This document shows positions 1 through 8,365 of a DNA stretch of 64,000 nucleotides, in pieces (position 1 is the stretch's first letter; each line of letters begins with the position of its first letter). The stretch comes from Methanomassiliicoccaceae archaeon. Its GTDB lineage: Archaea > Thermoplasmatota > Thermoplasmata > Methanomassiliicoccales > Methanomassiliicoccaceae. The notes under the pieces are model-generated. The model was given only the letters and a program-made list of their open reading frames with translations, had not been told where the DNA came from and did not search any database. The position numbers and the translations under genes are program-made. The stretch spans positions 1,076,257 through 1,140,256 of the forward strand of contig OY760646.1 in NCBI GenBank assembly GCA_963663855.1, read 5' to 3'.

Positions 1-533
1 TGGTTCTCGTTGACCGCGTCCACGACAGTGTTCCCTGTGACCGTCACGCCCTTGACGATGCCCTCGTCCTCTAGGTTCTTCCTCGCCTCCTTGGTCGGCG
101 CGAAAAGGTAATCAGACAGATGATCGGCCATGACACGATTGACCTCTTCTGGCATGGTGCGGTCGAAGGACCTGAGTCCAGCTTCGACGTGCCCGATGCG
201 CACGCCCATCTTGGACGCGGCCAGCGATGCGGCCATCACGGTGTTGGTGTCGCCCTGCACTAGGAGCACATCGGGACGGTCGGCGTTCAGCACCTTCTCC
301 ACGCCGACGAGGATCTTGGCGCTCTGCTCCGCGTGAGACGAGGAACCGACGTCTAGGTTGTACTTCACCGCCGGGAGCGCTAGCTCCTCGAAGAACACCT
401 TGTCCATCTCGTAAGAATAGTGCTGACCGGTGTGCAAGATGTAGTATGATATCTGCCGTCGCTCGCAATCTCGAACGAGCGGCGACATCTTGATGATCTC
501 CGGCCGGGTGCCGAGGACGAGGGCGATCTTCAT
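1..533 (-). CDS. wecB: UDP-N-acetylglucosamine 2-epimerase (non-hydrolysing), N-terminal part; the gene runs off the window start
   Basis: Reverse-strand translation from the ATG at 533..531 gives MKIALVLGTRPEIIKMSPLV...HTGQHYSYEMDKVFFEEL...VQGDTNTVMAASLAA...HVEAGLRSFDR...PEEVNRVMADHLSDYLFAPT, a WecB/MnaA-type epimerase N-terminus. The listed 150-aa ORF at 112..564 is an out-of-frame artefact covering the same DNA. Confidence 0.8.
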   Translation of the reverse strand, partial: MKIALVLGTRPEIIKMSPLVRDCERRQISYYILHTGQHYSYEMDKVFFEELALPAVKYNLDVGSSSHAEQSAKILVGVEKVLNADRPDVLLVQGDTNTVMAASLAASKMGVRIGHVEAGLRSFDRTMPEEVNRVMADHLSDYLFAPTKEARKNLEDEGIVKGVTVTGNTVVDAVNEN

Positions 534-748
534 GAGGCGGGCGATAGCATAAACGGAATATCAACCTACCTCAATGACCTTAGGCGCATTTGTAAAAAGG
601 TGACTGGATAAAAGCGCGCCCTTCTACCAGCATCCAGCACGGAAGTAAAATATATAGATACAAACATTTTAGATAGGGACATATATCAGATTCTCTGAAG
701 CCTTTGTCCTTGCTTTAGAAGGATATGACATCTATAAAGAGTTGAAGC

Positions 749-1633
749 ATGGCGACTAATGATGATGTTCCTAGATGGCCAGAGGGGAAGAGGTTCGCTC
801 TCTGTCTAACGCACGATGTGGATAGGGTCGATAAGTCCTGGTGGCATTGCATATTTTACTTTTTAAAGACCAGGCGGGTCTATCAATTGAGGTCCCTGTT
901 CACAAAGAAAAGGGAGAGACCGTTCTGGGGTTTCGACAGGATAATGGAGCTGGAGGAAAAGCATGGGGTGCGTTCCACCTTCTTCTTCCTGAACGAGACC
1001 AAGAAGGTCGAGCCTCTGAAACCCTCGACCTTCGGTCTGGCCCATGGATATTACAAGATCCACGATCCACGTATCGTCGACATCATCAAGACATTGGACT
1101 CAGGGGGGTGGGAGGTCGGGGTCCATGGCTCCTACGACTCATACAATAACAGAGAGCTGTTGGCGAAGGAGAAGGTGACGCTGGAAGGCATTCTCGGTAA
1201 ACCCGTTAGGGGGATAAGGCAACATTTCCTCAATCTGGACGCACCCCGAACGTGGGAGTACCAGAGAGACGTGGGCTTCGAGTACGATGCCACGTTCGGT
1301 TTCCGCGACCGAGCGGACTTCCGTGATGGAAAGGATGCTCCCTACTATCCTCTGGGCGATGGTTTCGTGGAGATCCCCCTAGCAATAATGGATGGGCCGC
1401 TCTTCAAGAGTAGCGGGGGCTTAGAGGATGCGTGGAAGACCTGCGAGAGACTGATAGGCCAGGCGGAGAAGAACGGCTCCCTGCTGACGGTCCTGTGGCA
1501 CAACAACAGGTTCAACGAGGACGAGCACCCCGGGCAGTCCGTGATCTACGAGCGGATCATCGAGGAGTGCCAGAGGAGGGGGGCCTGGGTGGCGACGGGA
1601 GGAGATGTATATGAATGGTGGAAGAACAGGTAA
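749..1633 (+). CDS. polysaccharide deacetylase family protein
   Basis: 294 aa starting at an ATG; LCLTHDVD...FFFLNE...GWEVGVHGSYDSY...IRQHFL resembles NodB/polysaccharide deacetylase (PgdA/CDA1-like) motifs. Divergent from wecB across an AT-rich intergenic region. Confidence 0.6.
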   Translation: MATNDDVPRWPEGKRFALCLTHDVDRVDKSWWHCIFYFLKTRRVYQLRSLFTKKRERPFWGFDRIMELEEKHGVRSTFFFLNETKKVEPLKPSTFGLAHGYYKIHDPRIVDIIKTLDSGGWEVGVHGSYDSYNNRELLAKEKVTLEGILGKPVRGIRQHFLNLDAPRTWEYQRDVGFEYDATFGFRDRADFRDGKDAPYYPLGDGFVEIPLAIMDGPLFKSSGGLEDAWKTCERLIGQAEKNGSLLTVLWHNNRFNEDEHPGQSVIYERIIEECQRRGAWVATGGDVYEWWKNR

Positions 1634-1726
1634 TCCCCCTGCCGTCAACGACAGGGCTATGAACGTTTTGATAGGAACGGTCGTTCTGCAATCATCAGGC
1701 GCCGTGCGCACATAGGGAAGATCGTT

Positions 1727-2893
1727 ATGACTAGAGCCCTAATCACCGATGGCACTCATCGCAACGCCCTGGCGGTCATCAGGGCCCTCTCTTGCGACAT
1801 GGACATCGATGTGACCTCCAGCCTCGGCAAGTATGGGACATTATGCAGCTATTCAAGACATGCCGATGCGACCATCAGGGTCAGCACCACATCGGAGCAT
1901 GATAGGTATGGTAAGGAGATGCTCGACCTCCTGCGCTCCGGAAAGTATGATTACTTCCTACCAGTGGGGCTCAATAGCTACATCGCATCTTCCAAGAGGA
2001 AAGAGGAGCTGCAGATGGAGACGCACTGCTTGCTGCCGGACTGGAGGGACATGGAGATTGCATTCAACAAGGAGCGGACCATGGTCCTAGCAGAAAGCAT
2101 AGGGGTGCCTGTGCCTAGGACATCGGAGATCTCTGACATTGATGACCTGGACACCATCAACACGTACCCTGTGGTCTTGAAATCCTCGGAGCAAAGCAGC
2201 GTTCAATATTGTCGGGACGTTAGTGAGGCGAAGAGCGGATATAAAAAAATATCATCATCTTCCAAGACCAAGGTCATCGCTCAGGAACTGGTCACGGGAT
2301 ACGGATGCGGGTTCTATGGTGTTTTCAGCCATGGCCGCCTAATGGACTTTTTCCTTCACAGGCGGTTGAGGGAGTTTCCCATCACAGGAGGGGCGAGCGC
2401 GGTGGCGGAATCATACCGTTCGGAACGCCTGTTCGATCTGGGGCGGCTACTCGGGACCGCACTGCATTGGAATGGCCCCCTTATGGCCGAGTTCAAGTAC
2501 GACGAGAGGTCGAACGACTACAAGCTCATAGAGGTGAACCCCAAGCTATGGGGCTCCCTAGACCTTACGTTAGAGGCGGGGGTAGACGTACCTCGCCTAA
2601 TAATTGGCATTGCTGAGGGGTCAATCACGAGCCCAATCGCCTCGAGGTACGAAGAAGCCCACTACCGTGACGTGAGGTTCCGTTGGCCGTTCCCAGACCA
2701 GTTCAAGATATTCTGTGCCCGTCCCACGCTGAGATCGGGAAAAGAACTGGCGATGTGCGATGCCAAGACCAATTTTGATATAACCGATCCATTCCCCAAT
2801 CTGTTCATGACGGTGGCCGGCCTGGTCCAGGGCTCGAAGATGTTGGTAGACGTTAACAAGAGGTATCCCCATGGCAAAAAACCAGTTGATTAA
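1727..2893 (+). CDS. ATP-grasp domain ligase
   Basis: 388 aa; the C-terminal half (ELVTGYGCGFYGVF...GPLMAEFKYDERSNDYKLIEVNPKLWGSLDL) is a typical ATP-grasp fold. A GGGAAG Shine-Dalgarno-like site lies upstream of the ATG. Confidence 0.65.
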   Translation: MTRALITDGTHRNALAVIRALSCDMDIDVTSSLGKYGTLCSYSRHADATIRVSTTSEHDRYGKEMLDLLRSGKYDYFLPVGLNSYIASSKRKEELQMETHCLLPDWRDMEIAFNKERTMVLAESIGVPVPRTSEISDIDDLDTINTYPVVLKSSEQSSVQYCRDVSEAKSGYKKISSSSKTKVIAQELVTGYGCGFYGVFSHGRLMDFFLHRRLREFPITGGASAVAESYRSERLFDLGRLLGTALHWNGPLMAEFKYDERSNDYKLIEVNPKLWGSLDLTLEAGVDVPRLIIGIAEGSITSPIASRYEEAHYRDVRFRWPFPDQFKIFCARPTLRSGKELAMCDAKTNFDITDPFPNLFMTVAGLVQGSKMLVDVNKRYPHGKKPVD

Positions 2894-3530
2894 AGGCGAT
2901 TTTCACATTCATTCCAAGTACTCTTACGACAGCAATACCGAGCTTAGAGCCATCCTTGAGAAGGCCTCAGAACAGGGTATGAACACCATATCCATCACCG
3001 ACCATGAGACCATGGAAGGTTCCCTGAAAGCTCGGGAGATCGCGTCCAATTTCGATATCGAGGTATGGTTGGGGATGGAGATTGCCACCACTGCGGGGGA
3101 CATCATAGGCCTAAAGTTGAAAGAGGAGGTCCGCAGCCGTGCGTGGGAGGATGTCATCCACGATATCCGTGATCAGGGAGGGATCGTTATCCTTCCCCAT
3201 CCCTACCGGGGCCACAAACGAATCGAGGAGCTGGCAGCGGCGGTGGACATTGTCGAGGTCTTCAACGGACATGACAAGCCCGAGAACGTCCTCCGCTCGG
3301 TCGAACTGGCAAGGACGTTCAACAAGCCAGGTATTGCTGGCAGCGACGCTCACCTACTTTCAGAGATAGGTAACGTAATCAATGTCTTCGACAACATAAT
3401 GGACTTTCAGAAAGAGTATACCACGAAGCATGCTGAACGTTTTGAGATCATGAGCTCTCACATCATAAGGGACATCAATAAAAAAAAGTTCCATAAGTTA
3501 CCGATAGATGTCCTCAACTTCTTCCGTTGA
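2871..3530 (+). CDS. PHP-domain metal-dependent phosphoesterase
   Basis: 219 aa; GDFHIHSKYSYDS...ISITDHETMEG...GIVILPHPYR...GSDAHLLSEIG are PHP (polymerase/histidinol-phosphatase) motifs. It overlaps the ATP-grasp gene by 23 nt, suggesting a coupled operon. Confidence 0.75.
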   Translation: MAKNQLIKGDFHIHSKYSYDSNTELRAILEKASEQGMNTISITDHETMEGSLKAREIASNFDIEVWLGMEIATTAGDIIGLKLKEEVRSRAWEDVIHDIRDQGGIVILPHPYRGHKRIEELAAAVDIVEVFNGHDKPENVLRSVELARTFNKPGIAGSDAHLLSEIGNVINVFDNIMDFQKEYTTKHAERFEIMSSHIIRDINKKKFHKLPIDVLNFFR

Positions 3531-3551
3531 GGCTATACCAACGCACGTATC

Positions 3552-3989
3552 TCAGGCCTTGCCAGCCCTCATGTCGGTCTTCATCGCCATATATTGGTCA
3601 TGGGTCAGCTCTCCTTTGGCATACCGCAGGTCCAGCATGTCCGAGGCGCTCGATGCCTCCAGGACCTTAACCGGCGGGGACCTGGACCTGAACAGGCCCT
3701 TCTCCACCTTCTCCTGTGCCCTGGCCACCAGGCCCTTACGGTCCTGGGTCATGAAAAGGTAGACGGCGATGAGTATCAGCAGCATGAGCACCGGGACCGT
3801 CATGAGGGCGACGGACATCCACCACATCATCTGGGCCATGCTCTCCGCTATGGCCCGCACCTCCGCGTTCTCGATGCCCCCGGTCTCCGCGTCCGGATGG
3901 AAGAAGCCGGCGAGGACGATGAACATGAGGAAGAGGAGGAACGCCGCTCCCGTCAGGATGAGGCTCAGCCCGCGTCTGTCGACCTTCAT
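3552..3989 (-). CDS. membrane protein with C-terminal SHOCT domain
   Basis: 145 aa with two hydrophobic helices and a C-terminal LDLRYAKGELTHDQYMAMKTDM that matches the SHOCT short C-terminal domain pattern. Confidence 0.55.
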   Translation of the reverse strand: MKVDRRGLSLILTGAAFLLFLMFIVLAGFFHPDAETGGIENAEVRAIAESMAQMMWWMSVALMTVPVLMLLILIAVYLFMTQDRKGLVARAQEKVEKGLFRSRSPPVKVLEASSASDMLDLRYAKGELTHDQYMAMKTDMRAGKA

Positions 3990-4209
3990 GGTGATCGACG
4001 GAGAACAATAATTCTGAAATATTAAATTTTATCAACCAAGATACAGCTTCCAGGAACATCGTTTCCAGATCACTAACACACGGCGGCGCCTCATCCCCCC
4101 GACCTTGGGGGCCAGATGGTTCCCGCCCCGCATCTAGCCATTGAACGGCAGACCGGCACCTCGTTTAAGTACCTCTACTGTAAATACGAGGCCATCTGAA
4201 GGTTATCCC

Positions 4210-5073
4210 ATGCAAGGAGACATCAACGTCATCACCGCCAAGAGCGAGGACATGAAGCTCATCAAGAAGCTGTCCAAGATTAAGCACACCATCGTGGTCA
4301 TGTCCGGCAAGGGCGGTGTCGGCAAGTCCACCGTCAGCGTGAACCTGGCCGTCGGTTTGGCGATGAGGGGCTTCGAGGTCGGCATCCTGGACGGCGACAT
4401 CCACGGTCCGAACATCCCGAAGATGCTGCACATCGAGGACGTGCAGCTGGAGGCGGATGAGGGGGGCATCTACCCGGCGTTCGTGCCGCCGCACCTCAAG
4501 GTCATCTCCATGGCGCTGCTGTCGGAGAACCGGGACCAGCCCATCATATGGCGGGGGCCGATGAAGATGGGCGCGCTGCGCAAGTTCATCGAGGACGTGT
4601 ACTGGGGTGAGCTGGACTACTTGATCGTGGACCTACCACCAGGCACCGGCGATGAGCCGCTGACCATCGCGCAGCTCATACCGAAGGCGGACGGATCGAT
4701 CATCGTCACCACGCCGCAGGACGTCGCTCTCCTGGACTCACGAAAGACGGTGGTGTTCTCCGAAGGGCTGCATTTACCGGTCGTGGGCATCGTGGAGAAC
4801 ATGGGCGGCATGGTGTGCCCGCACTGCGGGAAGGACATCGACCTGTTCAAGATCGGCGGCGGGGAGAAGGCGGCCAAGGACCTCAAGGTGCCGTTCCTGG
4901 GACGCGTTCCCATCGACCCTGACGTGGTGAACACCGGTGATGAAGGCCTTCCGATCATCGCGGCGAACCCTGACTCCCCGGCGGCCAAGGCGCTGAGCGA
5001 TATCGTGGAGAAGGTGATAGAGTTCAGCAACCGCAAGGACGTGCCCCGTCCCACCGGTCAGCGGACGGAGTGA
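4210..5073 (+). CDS. apbC: Mrp/NBP35 family iron-sulfur cluster carrier ATPase (ApbC-like)
   Basis: [20 protein letters not shown] Walker A, a deviant Walker A/ParA-like fold, and a C-terminal CPHCG motif. The first in-frame ATG (4210) was chosen over the upstream alternative start at 4141. Confidence 0.85.
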   Translation: MQGDINVITAKSEDMKLIKKLSKIKHTIVVMSGKGGVGKSTVSVNLAVGLAMRGFEVGILDGDIHGPNIPKMLHIEDVQLEADEGGIYPAFVPPHLKVISMALLSENRDQPIIWRGPMKMGALRKFIEDVYWGELDYLIVDLPPGTGDEPLTIAQLIPKADGSIIVTTPQDVALLDSRKTVVFSEGLHLPVVGIVENMGGMVCPHCGKDIDLFKIGGGEKAAKDLKVPFLGRVPIDPDVVNTGDEGLPIIAANPDSPAAKALSDIVEKVIEFSNRKDVPRPTGQRTE

Positions 5074-6036
5074 TCACACCAGCAGCGAGAACGGGAACAG
5101 GAACACCAGGAACAGGCAGCACGAGGTAGCGAGCTTCCTGGTGATCATGTCCCTCCGCTCCATCGCGTAGTACGTGGCGGGGATGAGCAGCGCGACCACC
5201 GCCAGCGCGAGACCGCCGAGGAGCATGACCGTTCCGTCCAGCGTTCCCACGCCGGTGAGCGTCATCTTGGCGGAAAGGCCGGCGAGGACGAGGCCTTCGA
5301 GGCCGAGGGCGGTCGCGACGCCGACCTCCAGCAGGGGGCCGAGGCGGTAACCGAACAGCCTCCTTCCCAGAAGAGAACGACCGTTCAGGAGCATCACGGT
5401 CACGCCTACGAGGGCCGTGACCGTCAGCTGCGCGCCCAGGAGCTCGATGTTCGATGCTCTGATCCCACCGACGCCCTCCATCCGGGCGGAGGCGGCGATG
5501 CCGATGATGAACACTCCCGCGGAAGAGATGGCGAGGAACAGCATGTCCCTGATGAGGGGCGCCCCGCTGTCACGCTTCATTAGCAGCCTCAAGGTCAGCA
5601 GGCCCGCGCCTACGAGGAACAGCTCGGCGCCCAGCGCGGCAAGCCAGTAGCTATCCATCTTGACCGTTCCGGCGATGGTCAGGGGGGCGGCGATGAGCGC
5701 CACGGCGATGCCTATGGTGAGGACCACGGCGCCCACCAGGGCGGATGCCCAGGAGAGGAGCTTGGGAACGATGGCGTGCACGTTCACGAGCTTCGCGAAC
5801 ACGCGGTCCATCTTGAACATCCTCTCCGTTATGGACACGGACAGGAAGGCGATGAGGCCCAGAAGCAGAAGACCGAGCCCGGCCATCATGACGGTGCCCT
5901 GCGTGAAGCCGGTGAATCCGTCGATGGTGACCCTGCGCGCGCCGATGGCGATCTCCAGGCCCTCGGCCAGGAGCACGGCCGCTAGGGCGAGGGACAAGTG
6001 CTTCGATCCTATCTTGCTTACGAACGCCGGGGCCAC
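5074..6036 (-). CDS. multi-pass integral membrane protein, family uncertain
   Basis: 320-aa ORF of almost uniformly hydrophobic helices (8-10 predicted TM) with a GTG start. Convergent with, and abutting, the mrp stop. Confidence 0.4.
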   Translation of the reverse strand: MAPAFVSKIGSKHLSLALAAVLLAEGLEIAIGARRVTIDGFTGFTQGTVMMAGLGLLLLGLIAFLSVSITERMFKMDRVFAKLVNVHAIVPKLLSWASALVGAVVLTIGIAVALIAAPLTIAGTVKMDSYWLAALGAELFLVGAGLLTLRLLMKRDSGAPLIRDMLFLAISSAGVFIIGIAASARMEGVGGIRASNIELLGAQLTVTALVGVTVMLLNGRSLLGRRLFGYRLGPLLEVGVATALGLEGLVLAGLSAKMTLTGVGTLDGTVMLLGGLALAVVALLIPATYYAMERRDMITRKLATSCCLFLVFLFPFSLLV

Positions 6037-6148
6037 ACTTGACCTACGAGCTTAAGGGTTTTTATTCTTGGTGCTCAAATTATTATCCGCGATTCTAAGC
6101 CGGCCAATGGTTTATGAGCCATCACCGCCGTTCATGGGCCGAGCAGAA

Positions 6149-6517
6149 ATGAAAATATGTGTCACCGCTGAAGAGCCAGAGCTTAGGTCGCTGGTAGCCG
6201 AGGAGTTCGGTCACTCGCCGTACTTCATCATGTACGATACCCTGACGGAGAAGTGGGAGGCGGTGCCCAACGAGGCGGGACCGAGCACCGAGGGCGCCGG
6301 CATGGTCGCTGCCGACCAGGTCGCGCGGCTGGAGGCGGACGTTGTCCTCACCGGCTTCATCGGGCCGCACGGCGTCAAGAAGCTGCGCTCCAAGAACATC
6401 AAGATCGTTCAGGACGAGGAGGGGACGGTGGAGGCCTCAATAAAGAAGTACGTGAAGAAGCACGGGAGCGAGTGCTCTACCGCGAAGGCGCCGGCGAGGA
6501 CGGAACCGCCGGAGTGA
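6149..6517 (+). CDS. NifX/NafY/NifB-C-terminal-like (dinitrogenase FeMo-cofactor-binding domain family) small protein
   Basis: MKICVTAEEPELRSLVAEEFGHSPYFIMYD...VVLTGFIGPHGVKKL matches the DUF134/Nitro_FeMo-Co pattern. The ATG at 6149 is preferred over the alternative start at 6068. Confidence 0.6.
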   Translation: MKICVTAEEPELRSLVAEEFGHSPYFIMYDTLTEKWEAVPNEAGPSTEGAGMVAADQVARLEADVVLTGFIGPHGVKKLRSKNIKIVQDEEGTVEASIKKYVKKHGSECSTAKAPARTEPPE

Positions 6518-7090
6518 TCACGCCATCTCTACGTCCAACGGTATGCGGTTGCGCAGCGAGTCCAGTATGGGAGAGACGCTCTGCGCGTAGCGGACCAGGT
6601 CGTTGACCTCCTCCGTAGAGGCGCTCGATTCCACACTGACCTTGACCCGGAGGTCCTGGAAGCCGGGGCGGACCTCCTGCGACAGTCCGAGAAAACCGTG
6701 CACGTCCACGTCCCCCTCCAGGGAGATGGTCAGCTTGTCGATGGTCATCTCACGCATGGCCGCATGGTATACTATGGAAACAGAAAGGCTGGAGGCGAGC
6801 GCATGCAGGAGAGAGACAATGGCGTTGGGAGCGGCGTCAGCGCCCAGGAGAACGGACGGCTCGTCGGATTCAAGGATGAACGGTGTCTCACGGACGATAT
6901 CCTTCCCGTTCTGATACAAGCCGTTGATTATGGTGCGATTATTGGCCCCGTTCACCCACTCATTGGTGGCGATGAAACGAAGCGATGCAAGATCGGGGTC
7001 GTCATTGAACGAGTTCTTCAGCTCATCAAGGCGTTCGACATCCACCCCGTTGATAATCCGATTTATACCCTCTTGTAGCTTTTCCATCAT
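6518..7090 (-). CDS. osmC: OsmC/Ohr family peroxiredoxin-like protein
   Basis: From the ATG at 7090, MMEKLQEGINRIINGVD...SLLHALASSLSVSIVYHAAMREMTIDKLTISLEGDVD...RYAQSVSPILDSL fits the OsmC fold. The listed ORF to 7321 is an N-terminal over-extension. A TTTTATAGCA TATA-like box lies about 35 nt upstream on the minus strand. Confidence 0.75.
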   Translation of the reverse strand: MMEKLQEGINRIINGVDVERLDELKNSFNDDPDLASLRFIATNEWVNGANNRTIINGLYQNGKDIVRETPFILESDEPSVLLGADAAPNAIVSLLHALASSLSVSIVYHAAMREMTIDKLTISLEGDVDVHGFLGLSQEVRPGFQDLRVKVSVESSASTEEVNDLVRYAQSVSPILDSLRNRIPLDVEMA

Positions 7091-7329
7091 CCCATCCTCT
7101 TTGCACGCTTTCACTTGGCAACATGCTATAAAACACTTGTCCGTTTTGTAAGATAGCGGACCGAACCTATAATAGTAGTGAAGGATGGGGGCCTTTTCCT
7201 GCTCTTTGATTCTAATAATAATCGACATTTCCGACCTATGCTCAAAGCGACCGTTGCTCCACCGGAAGGGAGGAACGACACTCATCGAAAGACCGTCCGT
7301 TTCTGAATAACATGCCAGCACATGACATC

Positions 7330-7500
7330 CATTTTATAGATAGAATAATATTCGACAATAAACGTATCTGAGGTCCGACACCTACATAACAATCGAGCGC
7401 CGTGTTATTAACTTCCTTTCGAGGAGGGGTTTTCCGAGATTCGTACAGGAATCGTAAATATTCGACAAATATCGTAGCGCCTTTGTTACTTTTTTATATA
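7330..7500 (+). promoter_or_regulatory. repeat-rich intergenic control region between osmC (minus) and the usp-DUF485/actP operon (plus)
   Basis: aatattcgacaa occurs at about 7347 and 7455; ccgac occurs three times; cctacataacaa is at 7378; a ttttttatataacaatcc TATA box is at about 7483. Confidence 0.35.
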
Positions 7501-7645
7501 ACAATCCCACAATGCGTTCAAACATGCGGCGACGAACCGCAGCCATAATGGACCATGCCCGAGGGGAGCCGAGCGGCCCCGCGACTTTTTCGGGACGCGT
7601 CCAGGGAAGTGACGGAGATATGAACGAACGGGCGGTGATGGAGCG

Positions 7646-8365
7646 ATGAGGAGCATCTTGCTACCAACGGATGGGTCCACTCCAGCCCTGGTCGCCACCG
7701 CGCGGGCGGTGGAGATGGCCAAGGAGAGGGACGCCACCCTTGTGATCCTGCAGGTCGTGGAGACCGCGCCCATCGTGGAGCTGGAGCGCCGTGCCGAGTC
7801 ACAGGCGCTCATGCGGCCCGGGGAGGAGGGCGACGGCGTCATCTACGCCAAGGAGCTCGCGGCCATGGACCGTGTGCCGGTGAAGGTCCTGGTGCGCGAA
7901 GGTCCGGTCGTGGGAGAGATAGTGCGCGCCGCCGAGGAGGAGAAAGCGGAGCTCATCGTCCTCGGCACTTCGAGCCTCAGGGGCCTCAACCGCCTGTACC
8001 TGGGATCGGTGGCGAAAGCCGTCGTCAGCCAGGCCCCGACGTCAGTGGTGGTCATCAAGCCCACACCGGAGGAGGTGGCCAGCGTCAAGGCGTCCATTAA
8101 GCACGTGACGGAGCCCACGCCCGCCAAGGCGGTGCGCTCCATCACCCGGACCAGGCAGTTCCGGGTGGGCGTGTACCTGTTCGCCTTCTACGTCGTCGGC
8201 TACGCCGCGTTCATCCTCGCGGGCTCGTACGCCAAGGGCCTGTTCCGTCAGGCGGCACTAGGCATGAACGTCGGCACCGTGACGGGCATCACCATCATCC
8301 TGGTGACCATAGCCTTAGCGATAGGGTTCAACTGGTTCGCCGGGCGTTCCGAGGAGGCGAGCTGA
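7646..8365 (+). CDS. universal stress protein (UspA domain) fused to a C-terminal two-TM DUF485/YjcH-like segment
   Basis: N-terminus MRSILLPTDGS...LVILQVVE...ELIVLGTSSLRGLNRLYLGSVAKAVVSQAPTSVVVIKP is a UspA domain. The C-terminal roughly 75 aa are two hydrophobic helices (FAFYVVGYAAFILAG...IILVTIALAIGFNWFA) placed exactly where the DUF485 partner of ActP normally sits. Its stop overlaps the next start (TGAATG). Confidence 0.7.
   Translation: MRSILLPTDGSTPALVATARAVEMAKERDATLVILQVVETAPIVELERRAESQALMRPGEEGDGVIYAKELAAMDRVPVKVLVREGPVVGEIVRAAEEEKAELIVLGTSSLRGLNRLYLGSVAKAVVSQAPTSVVVIKPTPEEVASVKASIKHVTEPTPAKAVRSITRTRQFRVGVYLFAFYVVGYAAFILAGSYAKGLFRQAALGMNVGTVTGITIILVTIALAIGFNWFAGRSEEAS

Noticed and set aside
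112-564. 150-aa minus-strand ORF at the start of the window.
   Set aside because: It is out of frame with the WecB reading frame (1..533), which gives a textbook epimerase N-terminus. The 150-aa product is Arg/Pro-rich and meaningless.
6518-7321. 267-aa extended OsmC ORF.
   Set aside because: The N-terminal 77 residues have no OsmC similarity. The conserved domain begins at the internal ATG (7090), which has a TATA-like box about 35 nt upstream.
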